A stretch of 64,000 bases of DNA from the human T2T-CHM13v2.0 reference genome, Homo sapiens (GCF_009914755.1 NC_060947.1), one strand, 5' to 3'. Counted from the first letter of the stretch, positions 14,361-27,723 are shown. Numbers and translations are program-made. Notes: generated by a model not told the origin, from the sequence alone.

Positions 14361-14947
14361 AATTTGTCTTGACAGCTTGGAAGCTTCTCTGTAGTAAGAG
14401 GGCCTCTTCATTCCTATTTAGCATAAAGGCATCTTATTTCTTGACTTTTATTGATTAGCTGTCAGCTGAATGTTTCCAAAGTTCTACTCTTTGTGCAGGG
14501 TCCCAGTTCTTCATAAGTAAAGTGTTAGCACCTAAACAAAAAAAGGGAGGTGGGTTGTTAGCTAAAACTAGTGGGCAAAAGTTTAACAAAATAGTTACAT
14601 AGCCTCAAAGTCTCTCTCTACAAATTACTTATTAATTACAAAGAGCAAAATAGTACCTTTACATCAGAGAAACCTGCCTCCCTTCTGTGTTACTCGCCAC
14701 AATGCTTAGACTGATCTAATTATGACGAAGTGGCATGGAAGCCCAAATTGAGTGACATTTCAACAAAATTGACCTCCAGTTTTCAAAAAGGTCAAAGAAC
14801 ACAAAGGATGATTAATTCTGCAGATTAAAGAATAGAAAGTCATGAAAACCAAATGCAATGTATATTTAATCTTGGGCTTTGTAGAAAAGATGTAAAAGGA
14901 CGTTATTGGGAAAATTGATGAACTCGAATATGGACCATGGATTAAAT

Positions 14948-15125
14948 CAGTGCTCCTCCGAGGGGGTGGAGGTGGCTATTTGACAGTGTCTGGAGCTGTC
15001 TTAAACTGGGGTTGAGGGGTGGGTAGAAGCCTGGAATGTTACTAAGTAACCTATAGTGCAGTCCTAGACAGAACAGTCCTGTACAACGAAGATTACCTGG
15101 CCAAACGTCAATAACGGAAACCCTG
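14948..15125. mobile_element. MER20-like hAT MITE
   Basis: tttgacagtgtctggag...gggtagaagcctggaatgttactaag...aagattacctggccaaacgtcaata...gaaaccctg. Confidence 0.7.
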
Positions 15126-15349
15126 GGTTAGATGATGGTAGTATTTTACTAGTGTAGTTTTCTTGTTATTTGGAAATACTCATTGAAGTATTTAAGGGTA
15201 AAAGGACATATGTCCAACTCTTAAATGGTTTATAAAGATTATGCACACACGTGTATGTGTGTATTTTTTACATGTGTGGCAACTAATGAAGCAAATGGAG
15301 GAAGATGTAAACAATTGGTGAATACAGGTAAAGAGTATAAGAGAATTCT

Positions 15350-15900
<551 letters not shown>

Positions 15901-15904
15901 TAAA

Positions 15905-16260
15905 ACTTGATTTTCTTTCCAGTTTCTTAAGAAAACCTCTTGAAGTAGTCCTTTAAGTCCCAATCTCTGATGAAATATGCATTCCTGAAAGTAGAGTGTT
16001 TATGCCTGTTTGCATATTCCGATATATGTGGAATTAGAAAGTAGTTTGGTCGTAATATATGGGGCTTTTTTCTTTACCAAAGCATCAAAACCAAATATGT
16101 TTCCAGACATTATGAATGTCCCATCTTTATAACACATCAGGAGTTTGTTCAGAGAAGAAACATCAATGTTTTGAAGAATTTGATTACTGATTTCCAAAAG
16201 AGCTTACATAATTAGAATCTTTAACAATAGCTTGCACATACCATAGGGTCTGGGATCTGA
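15905..16260 (-). mobile_element. Fossil hAT/Charlie transposase fragment
   Basis: Minus-strand ORF 16000-16197 CYKDGTFIMSGNIFGFDALVKKKAPYITT resembles the Charlie/Buster transposase motif CTDGAxxMxGxxSGFxAxVKxxAPxxxxTHC. Confidence 0.55.
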
Positions 16261-16815
16261 TATGGAAATATAGTAATTAATGCTGAAGGAAAATGACACA
16301 TTCTGGACATTAACATGGTAATGGTGACAATTGTATGATAACTTGGTCATGTAGAGTAGCATCTTGTGTTACCCTCACTTCTTAGGTGTAAATTAGTAAT
16401 ATTTATTTTTATACCAAAATAATTTTTTCTTCATGAAAACACCTTTCAATATAACAGGTAAGAAATTGAAGAAAAAAATTTTGTCTTCCTTATCAGTTCA
16501 TAGACCACTTAGGTCAGTCTTAGGCTGCAATCATGAATTGCTTCATTGTGTGTGAAGGTTGCACGAAGGGGTTGTGCTGAATAATTATTTTTGATAGCAT
16601 ATTTAACAGATTATTTTGTTTTGGTTATGTAACAGGAACGTATTTTTGTGGGGAAAACAGGAGATGGATAGAAACCACCAACTGGTAGAATTTAGGTTGC
16701 CTTTTAATGATAAAGGATTAGTGACATTTTAACTGGCCTAATTTCTTTGGTTGAAGTCAAAGCAGTGATTTGGGTTATCCATGTGTATAATGCATGGTTT
16801 TTTCTTAATTTGCAG

Positions 16816-16903
16816 ACCATGAAGATTATGACCCACAAACTGTGAGGCTGGGAAGTAGATATAGTCATGTTCAAGAAGTTCAAGAACGGCTTAACTTCCT
16901 TAG
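16816..16903 (+). CDS. USP9X: USP9X exon ~15 (88 nt): (D)[28 protein letters not shown](R)
   Basis: ttgcag|ACC acceptor, TAG|gtttgt donor, phases 1/2 match flanking exons. Confidence 0.95.
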
Positions 16904-17495
16904 GTTTGTTTTATACAGTTAGTGTTGCTCTCTTTAAGAAAAAGATAAGGAATACAGAATGAATAGACTGTATAGCTTGGTCTTTGTTGGGTGGCCTTTT
17001 CCCAAGTCCCCAAGTCATGTAAGACATTTCCCTGTATTTGTTACTAAATACTTTAAAATGATTCGCTGAGTTTTAACTTTGTTGCAATATTTTAAGAGAA
17101 CACATTTTAACCTTTAGAATTGACTTCGTTCTTCATATCTGTTTATGCTGGAAATAATGTTTATTTTTAAAGGGCAAATTCCCATATTTTGACACAACCG
17201 GAAGGAGGACTATACTGACTTAATGATATCATAGACACTAAGGAAACGGGGGCAAAAGGCTGCTAGACCAGCACCTCAAAAGAGTGGTTGGAGTCCTCTG
17301 GTATCTTGTTTATTCTAACAGTGGCTGACAGGCAATCTAAAGTCATGTGTTAATAATATCATTTCTGATTGGCTTGAGGGGAAAAGGTTTATTAAGATAA
17401 AATGTAGTCTAGGGCTGGATTTTCTCTGCAATATTTAGCGTTTGGTGATCATACACTTAACAGATGTGCAAAGTGCCTTTGTTAAAAATTTTGAT

Positions 17496-17776
17496 GGTCA
17501 GGCACGGTGGCTCACACCTGTAATCCCAACACTTGGGGAGGCCAAGGCAAGTGGATGGTTTGAGCCCAGGAGTTCAAGACCAGCCTGGGCAGCATGGCGA
17601 AATCCCATCTCTAAAAAAAAATACAAAAATCAGCCAGGCATGGTGGTGTTCACCTGTAGTCCCGGGTACTCGGGAGGCTGGGGTGGGAGGATCACTTCAA
17701 CCTCGGAGGCGGAGGTTGCAGTGAGCTGTGATTGCACCACTGCACTCCAGACCCTGTCTCAAAAAAAAAAAAAAAA
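17496..17776 (+). mobile_element. Alu (AluJ-like)
   Basis: Alu consensus with A tail. Confidence 0.92.
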
Positions 17777-17894
17777 TTTTTTTTTTAAATGAGAGGTTCC
17801 TTTTGAATTCAAAAAACCACATGTAGCAAAAGAGCTTGTTTAGATTACAAGTGTGCTAACAGAAATGCCCAGATTATCACTGCTTCTTGAAGTC

Positions 17895-18195
17895 TATTTT
17901 ATTTATTTATCTTATTTTTTTGAGACGGAGTCTCACTCTGTCGCCAGGCTGAAGTGCAGTGGTGAGATCTCAGCTCACTGCAACCTCCACCTCCCAGGTA
18001 CAATTCTCCTGCCTCAGCCTCCCAAGTAACTGGGACTACAGGCATGCGCCACCACGCCCAGCTAATTTTTGTGTTTTTAGAAGAGACGGGGTTTCACCAT
18101 GTTGGCCAGGATGGTCTCTATCTCTTGACCTCGTGATCTGCCCGCCTCGGTCCCCCAAAGTGCTGGTATTAAGGTGTAAGCCACCGTGCCTGGCC
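17895..18195 (-). mobile_element. Alu (AluSc-like)
   Basis: Antisense Alu with (ttta)n tail. Confidence 0.92.
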
Positions 18196-18639
18196 CCATT
18201 TATTTTAATAACATATTCTGGGTAGTTTTGTCCTGGGCTGTGTTAATTATGGATTTCTATTTATTGAACTCTGTGCTTATTTATGGAGAAAATTTTAAGT
18301 AGCTATATAATGATTTTGAGGAAAAACCTCTACCAAATTTTAAGAAATTTGGCATTTGTTTAAAGTGCATTGTTTTTTTTTTTCCTGTGTGTTTTGTTTT
18401 TAACCACCTGGATAGAAGGACTTGCCTCCTCCCCACATTGAGAGTTACTGCCATAGTAAGCAGTCGTTACTGATTGGCATGTGTTATATGTCTCTTAGGT
18501 TTACTAGAACAGAAAAGTGGTTTCAAGCCTTTTTGCCATTTTAAAGTTTGGAATCAGAGGAACTATTGTAGTTTCTACTCTGTTAGTACCTCTGTATGTG
18601 AGCTAATAGCAACTAACTCAAGGAAGAGGAACCTGACTT

Positions 18640-18850
18640 TAATGCCTGCTGTGTGTTGGGCCTGTGCCAGACACTTTATATTTACTCCGAAGCAACACAG
18701 TGCAGCAGGTGTTACTCCCATCTGATCAGTAAGAAACCCAAGATTCCAATGGCTTAAGGTAGCTTGTTTGAAATATCACAGCCAGTATACGATGGAATTG
18801 CACTACTCAACTAGGTCTCTTTTACTTAAGTCTGTGCTCTTCCTATTAGA
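18640..18850 (+). mobile_element. MIR SINE
   Basis: gcctgtgccagacactttata...ttactcccatctgatcagtaagaaaccaagatt...atcacagccagt. Confidence 0.6.
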
Positions 18851-19189
18851 CCGGTAGTTTTTCAAACTTACGTAGGAGCTTTAGGGCTTCTGAGTTAAGT
18901 TCCTTGAAGATTTCTGAACAAGCAGTAGGAAGTTTCCCGATTTTTCCTTTCTTTTTCCTCTCCCAACAACTGGTGCAGCTCTACTTTTTAAAATATATAT
19001 CAGATTCCAAATGGGATTTTCATTTGAAGAAGGGTCTATGCCATCTTTAGAAAAAAACAAAAAAATGGAAAACCTTTGAAAATTTAAGCAGTTTTAACTC
19101 ATAAATATTGATGGATTAGTTATTTGTGAAAGTCACTTGATTGAATACCTCATTTTTCAATGATGCCATATAAGCAGGCTGCTAAGTCT

Positions 19190-19576
<387 letters not shown>

Positions 19577-19894
19577 TAAACATGCTTCTTTCCAAAAGTC
19601 TGGTTTCAAAAACTAAAGGTTCATGGAATGAATCTTTTATTCCTAATTCAGCTAGCTGCATTTCAGGCACAAAGTGGGTGTTCAGTGTGTGCTTGTTGAA
19701 TTAATTAATATCTAGTGGGGATTTTTTTTTAGTACCAGATAAAAGTAGAGAAATAGGTTATTTTGAAAGAATGAATATCTTTTTATCTATAGTTAAAATA
19801 TAATGGTGATAAATGTATTTTATAGGTAATACAGATTGCCTTTCCGGATAAAAATTACATAAATCTAATTGCCAATTTTCAATGTTTTTTCAAG

Positions 19895-20237
19895 ATTTTT
19901 ATTGAAGGATGGTCAGCTGTGGCTATGTGCTCCTCAGGCAAAACAAATATGGAAATGCTTAGCTGAGAATGCAGTTTACCTTTGTGATCGTGAAGCCTGT
20001 TTTAAGTGGTATTCCAAGTTGATGGGGGATGAACCAGACTTAGATCCTGATATTAATAAGGACTTCTTTGAAAGTAATGTGCTTCAGCTTGATCCTTCTC
20101 TGTTAACTGAAAATGGAATGAAGTGTTTTGAGCGATTCTTCAAAGCTGTGAATTGTCGAGAAGGAAAACTAGTAGCAAAAAGGAGAGCCTATATGATGGA
20201 TGACTTGGAGTTAATAGGATTAGATTACCTTTGGAGG
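19895..20237 (+). CDS. USP9X: USP9X exon ~16 (343 nt): [19 protein letters not shown]...[11 protein letters not shown]
   Basis: tttcaag|ATT acceptor, AGG|gtaagt donor; ORF track 19869-20252. Confidence 0.96.
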
Positions 20238-21504
20238 GTAAGTCAAAAGTAGGAACTCTGTAAATGGTGTCTGATGTACTTTTTCATGTACGTAAGGAAT
20301 TGTAATTTTGCATATAAATTGTGTATTTTACTCTGATGTTTGTCTCAGGAATTTGGTGTAGTTAGGAATTGTTCATTTTTATTATGTCACCTGTCAGTGG
20401 GCTTTTTCTTCTCTCTTCCTCTCCCTCCTCCTGCCACTGATGTTCCTTTTGTCTTAGCTTAGTATCTGTGTATTCCATAGATGTGCACTAAACATACAAA
20501 TCTTTCATTCCTCCCCCGTGGATATTAATGTTCCTTCCCGAGTTTTCATTCAGTGTCGATCTGTTTCCTCCTCTTCAATGTTTAACACTAAAATAGAGGA
20601 CAGAAGAGAGGACTTGTGTTTAGTATAGATTATGAGTATATGCTTTATTGGCACTGTTTACCTTGTGATATTTTTAAATACCTGGGGGAATAAAATACTA
20701 TCTTTTTAAGGCTAATCTATTTTTATAGTACTACTCTATTATGCCTATCTTTAATCTGACCTGTTATACAGCAGTTTATATTGTTTGGATGTCTCACATA
20801 TTTTCCTGCAAACCATAGATAAAGATGTTTATTGTGGCATTTGAGTATTTAAAAGCTTTTAATTAAGTATGTGGTTTTCAACATTGTTTTAACAGCAGAA
20901 ACACATCTTAAAACTCAAAATTTGCACCACACTACAAAAGTAAACTGAATTGAACAAGGAAAATATGTTTTCTTACTTGGTCTCCCCATGCTTATCCCCT
21001 TTCCCCTCCCCAACCCTTTTATAGGGGCCAACACTGAAACACTTCCTCAAAGTCCCCTAGGGTTCTGAACATAGTTTGGAAACCACTAATGTAATTAGAT
21101 GAGTGATAAAGATTTATAGAAACTGGGGGTAGAGTAGTCCTTTATGCTAAACTGTGTTTCATGTAATCTCTTATTTCCTGTCAACTAATTTGAATTTCTT
21201 CTTGAGTGTCTCACTTGGTTATCAAGATATTAAATTATAGGGTTAAATAATAGTGGTCAAAGCGTATTTTATTTTTACAAAAATGTACCTTTCATTCTTA
21301 AATTATTCAGAGACTTTCATTTTGCATTTATTACCCTTTCTTTTGGTCTGTGCTTCTCACTTAATTTTACTTGATTATCAAAGTCAACTTACCATTAAAT
21401 CATTGAATAGTGTGTTTAAGATAACTGAGGATATGGTTTGAATTTAAATGCCCAACAAAAATATATGTTGAAAGGGATGAATACTTTTATCATTTTGAAA
21501 CCAG

Positions 21505-21600
21505 GTCGTGATTCAGAGTAATGATGATATTGCCAGCAGAGCTATAGATCTCCTCAAAGAGATATACACGAACCTTGGTCCAAGACTACAAGTCAATCAG
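21505..21600 (+). CDS. USP9X: USP9X exon ~17 (96 nt): [32 protein letters not shown]
   Basis: aaccag|GTC acceptor, CAG|gtgagg donor. Confidence 0.95.
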
Positions 21601-22029
21601 GTGAGGATTGATGTGCATTAAAACTTCCATATATAATTCTTTCGGCCCCCATTTCTCTTATACAAAAGAGAAAAAATATTATCTAAATGAATCTTGCCTT
21701 GTTAGTTGTCTTGAAGTGATTGGGTTATTTTTAATATAACTATTTATTAGATGTTGAAATGGCAAAGAAAGTCTATGTGAATTCATTTTGATGCTAACAC
21801 CTAATCCTGAAGTTCACTTTTGACTAATTTATGTTTGTTAACTTATGTAATGCTAGCTTCCTTTTAATAAACATACATTTTATTATTGTATGGATTCTCT
21901 ACTTAAATATGACTGTTGTTAATTGAGTGCTACAATTAAATCAGCCATTGCCATCTTTAATTGGATTAATATTTGGTTTTTACATTTTAAAGCAATTTTA
22001 ACTGTGTTTATTTGGCCTGATATTTGTAG

Positions 22030-22241
22030 GTGGTGATCCATGAAGACTTCATTCAGTCTTGTTTTGATCGTCTGAAGGCTTCCTATGACACATTGTGTGT
22101 TTTGGATGGTGACAAAGACAGTGTTAATTGTGCAAGACAGGAAGCTGTTCGAATGGTTCGAGTATTAACTGTTTTAAGGGAATATATAAATGAATGTGAC
22201 AGTGATTATCATGAGGAAAGAACAATTCTCCCTATGTCGAG
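22030..22241 (+). CDS. USP9X: USP9X exon ~18 (212 nt): [20 protein letters not shown]...EERTILPMS(R)
   Basis: ttgtag|GTG acceptor, GAG|gtttgt donor. Confidence 0.95.
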
Positions 22242-22524
22242 GTTTGTGAATAACTAATCTATTGGTGCTAATTCTTAATTATTTGATATTTTCCTAGCCA
22301 TTTGGTAAAAGGAGAGCAGAAATTTTTCTCGTTTGAAAATTGTTGTCTTTGCCCATTAAAAACATTTTCATTTCATCTAATTTTTTTTAATAACCTCCCC
22401 CACTCTCCCATCTGGTTTTGTTTTGGTTTTTTGGGTGAGGCATTCTTAAGTTGTTTTCTAGTTTTCTTTTTGTCTTTGACATTATTACTCATTAAGTGTT
22501 GCAGTGGCATTTTGCAGTTGAAGT

Positions 22525-22818
22525 GTTTTTGTTTATTTGTTTATTTTGAGAAAAGGTCTTATTCTGTCACCCAGGCTGGAATGCCGAGGTGTAATCATGG
22601 CTCACTGCGGGCTCAAGCGACCTTTCCACCTCAGCCTCCCAGGTAGCTGGGGCTACAGGCACAGGCTACCACACCTGGCTAATTTTTTTTGACTTTTTGT
22701 GGAGGTGGGGTTTCACTACATTGCCCAGGCTGGTTTCAAACTCCTACGCTCAAGCAAATCCTCCTGCTTTGGCCTCCCAAAGTGCTGGGATTATAGGCGT
22801 GAGCTACAGTGCCTGGCC
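22525..22818 (-). mobile_element. Alu (AluJ-like)
   Basis: Antisense Alu consensus. Confidence 0.9.
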
Positions 22819-23154
22819 TGTAAAGAGCTCTTAAAAGCTGCCTTGCATGGCATATAACAAATATTTTCAAATGGTGTTTATAGTTTTGGGATGTTTTGTG
22901 TAGTCAATGCCATCATTTTTTTTAAAGAGTTTTGTTTATTAATCATGAAATTATATACAGTTGCTTCTTGAATATGATTTTTATTTTGTATTTTACTTTA
23001 AAAAAGGTACTATACCAATATAAATAGCATTTTGGAGTGAATTTTGATATGAAGGCTTTTTTCCAGAAAAAAAATAAAGTGCATTGTGGCATTTTTGTTG
23101 ATGCTTTTAACAAAATGTAAAACGACCTTTTAAATGTAAAAGGTAAACTCTACC

Positions 23155-23297
23155 TTCTTTTTTTGAATTTTTTTTTTTATTAATACAAGGTCTACCTATG
23201 TTGTCGAGGCTGGTCTTGAACTCCTGGGCTCAAGGGATCTTCTTTGCTTGGCCTCCCAAAGTGGTAGGATTACAGGCATGAGCCACTGCGTCCAGCC
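23155..23297 (-). mobile_element. Alu monomer (FLAM-like)
   Basis: ggtctacctatgttgtcgaggctggtcttgaactcctgggctcaag...gagccactgcgtccagcc. Confidence 0.85.
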
Positions 23298-23471
23298 AAC
23301 CTTTTACATTTAAAAATAGTCTTAGTGAGTTGGGCTTTTACAGCATAAAAATAAGCGTTATATCTTGGATTTAATTTCATTTTAGTAGACACCTCATTTT
23401 CTGCAACCATAGATACAAGACTAACAACAATAGAATATGATTATGTTTTTAAATATTATTTATATTTTTAG

Positions 23472-23778
<307 letters not shown>

Positions 23779-23804
23779 TTATTTTCAAGATACTGAAAGT
23801 AATA

Positions 23805-23882
23805 CAGGTTGAGTATCCCTAATCCAAGAAATCCAAAATTTGTCTGGTCCCAGACATTTCATATAAGGGATTCTCAAGCTGT
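23805..23882. mobile_element. Minimal Tigger-family MITE (MER46/MER96-like)
   Basis: TA-flanked TIRs caggttgagtatccct ... agggattctcaagctg. Confidence 0.7.
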
Positions 23883-24017
23883 ATTAAGTATCTTTAATTC
23901 ACATCCTCTTGTTTAATAAGAAAATACTTAGTGTTAAATCCCCAGCATTATTTTCTTGGCAACAAAATTTCAGAGTCTGCTGAATATGATGATGTCTGTC
24001 TTTCTTTTTCCCCCCAG

Positions 24018-24258
24018 AGCATTCCGCGGTAAACACCTCTCTTTTGTAGTTCGATTTCCAAACCAGGGCAGACAGGTTGATGACTTGGAGGTATGGTCTC
24101 ATACAAATGATACAATTGGTTCAGTACGACGATGTATTCTCAATCGTATTAAAGCCAACGTAGCCCATACAAAAATTGAGCTCTTTGTGGGCGGTGAGCT
24201 GATAGATCCTGCAGATGATAGAAAGTTGATTGGACAATTAAACTTAAAAGATAAATCG
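24018..24258 (+). CDS. USP9X: USP9X exon ~19 (241 nt), ubiquitin-like domain: [22 protein letters not shown]...[10 protein letters not shown]
   Basis: cccccag|AGC acceptor, TCG|gtatgt donor; beta-grasp-like pattern ([10 protein letters not shown]...[10 protein letters not shown]...[11 protein letters not shown]). Confidence 0.95.
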
Positions 24259-24492
24259 GTATGTATGTATAGTTAACAGATTTTTCAATAAAATCAAACC
24301 AGAGACTATCGTTTAATCAGTAAATACTAATTGAGCATTTGTTATGTTTGGGACTGTGTTAGGTGTTAGAGTTATAGCATTAAAGTATAGCATGTAGTCT
24401 TTCGGATTTTTTGGTTGGTATATCACTAAGTTTTGTGTTTTGTGTAAGTATTTTTCCTTGTTTTTGATATTAACATAGTATATAATTTTCAG

Positions 24493-24642
24493 CTTATTAC
24501 AGCCAAACTTACACAGATAAGTTCCAATATGCCTTCAAGCCCTGATAGCTCTTCTGATTCCTCCACTGGATCTCCTGGAAACCATGGTAATCATTACAGT
24601 GATGGTCCCAATCCAGAAGTGGAAAGCTGTTTGCCTGGAGTG
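24493..24642 (+). CDS. USP9X: USP9X exon ~20 (150 nt), Ser-rich linker: [50 protein letters not shown]
   Basis: ttttcag|CTT acceptor, GTG|gtgagt donor. Confidence 0.95.
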
Positions 24643-24929
24643 GTGAGTAGATACAGTTTTGAACTACTGTATGTAAGGCATCATGCTAGGGTTTTTGAGA
24701 ATAAAGTATATAGAGTGGTTCTTTCTTTTCTTGAGGAGCTTACAGTTTAATGAGACAAAAAAATACAGTTAACCACCAACTTCAGAATGGATCCCTCTAA
24801 AAGGTAATTGTAACACAGTTGGAATTTAAAACATAATTTCCCCATAGGTATAGTATTGTTACTTTTACATAAAATTAACCAATTAGAGCTTAATTATAAC
24901 ACTATTGGATGTATAAATTTAGAGGAAAA

Positions 24930-25153
24930 CAGTCATCCCTCGTATACGTGGAGAATTGGTTCCAGGACCTCTGCATATACCCAAAATGCTGCAGATGACC
25001 CTGTGCAACCAGATATACAAAAAGTTAGCCTTCCATATACTTGGGTTTTGCTTGCTGGAAATACTGAATTTTCTGTCCACATTTGATTGGGAAAAAAGTC
25101 TGCATGTAAATGGACCTGTGCAGTTCAAACTTGTGTTGTTCAAGAGTCAGCTG
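24930..25153. mobile_element. MER8-like Tigger2-derived DNA element
   Basis: cagtcatccctcgtatacgtggagaattggttccaggacc ... gcagttcaaacttgtgttgttcaagagtcagctg. Confidence 0.8.
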
Positions 25154-25208
25154 TATCACTTTCTAAAATTTATACCACAAAACGGATAGTTCTTTTAGAA
25201 CTATATAT

Positions 25209-25380
25209 GAGCTGGGCATGGTGGCTCACACCTGTAATTCCAGCTACTGGGGAGGCTGTGAGGCAGGAGGATTGCTTGAGCCCAGGAGTTCTAGGCTGCA
25301 GTGAGCTGCGATTGTGCCATTATGCTCTAGCCTGGTCAACAGAGTGAGACCCCATCTCTAAAAATATAAATAAATGAAAA
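25209..25380 (+). mobile_element. Alu monomer (FRAM/FLAM-like)
   Basis: gctgggcatggtggctcacacctgtaattccagctac...gagtgagacccc. Confidence 0.85.
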
Positions 25381-25860
25381 CAAGAACTATGTAGGAAAAT
25401 ACCTGTAATCTTTATCAGATTGTCAGTAACATATAGCCAAAGAAATATTTTTAAGCTCTCCTTTCGCCCCTCCCGACAGAAATTTTAATGGTTACAATAG
25501 TAGCAGCCACTCCAGTGTCAGGAGGATTTGGCTCTCTATAACAACTGGATTAAGAATTTGGTAGTGGGCATGGCAGCCTTTTGTTATGTCCAGAGTCTAA
25601 ATTGTATATATGAGAGAAATGGTTTAATAGAACAGGAGAGGAGCTATCACAAAAAAATGACTGGAAGTGACTTGATGATGTATTTGATCTGCACTATTAA
25701 GGATTTGTAGGGATTAAAAGATGGGAAAGTCAGACTATTTCAAAGAGTAGAAATTTCATAAGTAAAAGTATAGGGATTAACACAGAGAAACTTACTTGGG
25801 CTTTTATAAAACGGGAGTAAATAATTTAGAGGTAATTATTTTGTGTATTTTATATTCTAG

Positions 25861-25981
25861 ATAATGTCACTGCATCCCAGATACATCTCTTTTCTTTGGC
25901 AAGTTGCAGACTTAGGTAGCAGCCTAAATATGCCACCCCTTAGAGATGGAGCAAGAGTACTTATGAAACTTATGCCGCCAG
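25861..25981 (+). CDS. USP9X: USP9X exon ~21 (121 nt): [40 protein letters not shown]
   Basis: ttctag|ATA acceptor, CAG|gtaaga donor. Confidence 0.95.
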
Positions 25982-26084
25982 GTAAGAATTTTTAAATGAT
26001 GATCAAGTACTTGCTGGACAATAAAGGAGTATATTAGCAAATTCTGTTTCTAAATGGACCGTGCTTTTTGGTATAGACTATAAC

Positions 26085-26400
26085 AAGAGTTGACAGATGA
26101 CAGCCCACAAGCCACATCAAGCCCCCTGCTTGTTTTTGTGCATCCCAAGAGCTATATTTTTAAGTGGCTACAAAAAAAAAATCTAGAAGAATAATATTTT
26201 GTGATACATGAAAATTATATGAAGTTTAAATTTTAGTGTCCATGATCAAAACCAGGCTCATTTGTTTACATTCAGTCTACATGACTGCTTTTGTCTTAAA
26301 ATAGCACCGCCCAGGAGTTGTGGCAGAGGCCATATGGTTCACAAGCCTAAACTGCTTAACTTTCCTGGCCCTTTACAGAAAATGTTTGCCTATACCTGGA
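26085..26400. mobile_element. MER58B-like hAT element
   Basis: cagcccacaagccacatcaagcccc...cacaagcctaaactg...ctggccctttacagaaaatgtttgcc. Confidence 0.75.
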
Positions 26401-27723
26401 CTATAATATGGGTCATGTGTCATCTGCGGTATTGTTCCTTTTTTATCCTTAGAAACAACCACTTCCAACTTCTCGCTTTTACTTTAGTATATATATGTAC
26501 CATTATGTCTGGAGTGTCCTCATACAGCTATTTCTTTGTTACTTACAGATATATACTGATTTTCTGCTGTGTAGATGAAAACTTAACTGTTACATACCCC
26601 CACATCCTCCCAGTATTTGCTTAAATCCAGATTCAACATCTACGTTTCCAAGATTGTTTGAAATATAGTTCTCTAGATCACTGACAACTTTTATCCTGGA
26701 TTTAATAATTTCCCTTTTATTTTCCTGATTGTACACCTATCACTTATTCTTCCCACATACTTTTTTTTGAGATATTTTTTATCTGAATGTGGGCAAACTA
26801 TCACGTTTGATTAATGGTTTGTGTATAGAATCCTAGGTTTGAAAATATATTCCTTCTGGCTGGTGGCATTGCTGATGAGAAGACCAAAGTCCTCTTGGTT
26901 TCTATTCCTTTGCATGTGACCTTCGTTTCTGGAAGTTTTGGTTTTATCCTTACGTTTTGAAATATTATGATGTGCCTTAGCGTTAAGTCTGTTTTGTGGT
27001 GCGTCACCTGTGGGCCTGGAGATTTCCTCAGTTGAGAGAGATTTGTATTCTTTGATAGTTTTCTCACCAGCATTTTGCGTTTTGTGTGTCTTTGAAATGT
27101 CTAAGTGTGATGGTGAATTTACTAGATCTGATTTTACCTTTTCTCTCTTCCCTTCTCTCTTTAATCTTATTCCACCTTTGGGGTGGCTTCTTTAACCTTT
27201 TCCAGCTCTTCTGTTGGCTTTTCCCCTCCAAATATTCTAGTGTTAAAATTTCAAGACCTTTGTCTCCTTAGTGATCCTTTTCCATATACAGGATTTTGTT
27301 TTTCACTAACACATTCTTGCATTTATGTTCTAATATATGTGTGTTCCTTTAAAACCTAATGTTCGGCAAAATTATGCACTAAAAATAGTAGGGCTTTTGG
27401 GGAAAAAGTAGAGTTTTGGCAGATCATTCAAGCCTATACAACCTAAAAATTTTTTAAATGTATTTTTTGGAAATACTTACAATCTTACAGAAAAATTAGA
27501 AGTATAATTCAAGAACACTTGAGAGTAATTTACTGGTTTTTGTAGTCCCATCGCCCACCAAATACTTTCCCTACAAACAAGGATATTTGTCTGTATAAGC
27601 AAAATTAAGCCATCTATACCAGGAAATTAATGTCGATTCATTACTGCCATCTACTTAGCAGACTCTATTGAGTGTTTTCAGTTATCTCCTTCACAGCAAA
27701 AAGATATAGTTCAAACTCAGATA

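Noticed and set aside
21860-22029. Possible intronic snoRNA at the donor of the duplicated 74-mer (snoRNA-like distance from the acceptor)
   Set aside because: No convincing box C/D pair with terminal stem and no H/ACA two-hairpin layout visible.
24637-24648. Tandem donor GGA|GTG|gtgagt at exon ~20 (loss of one Val)
   Set aside because: The upstream GTGGTG is a poor donor next to a consensus GTGAGT.
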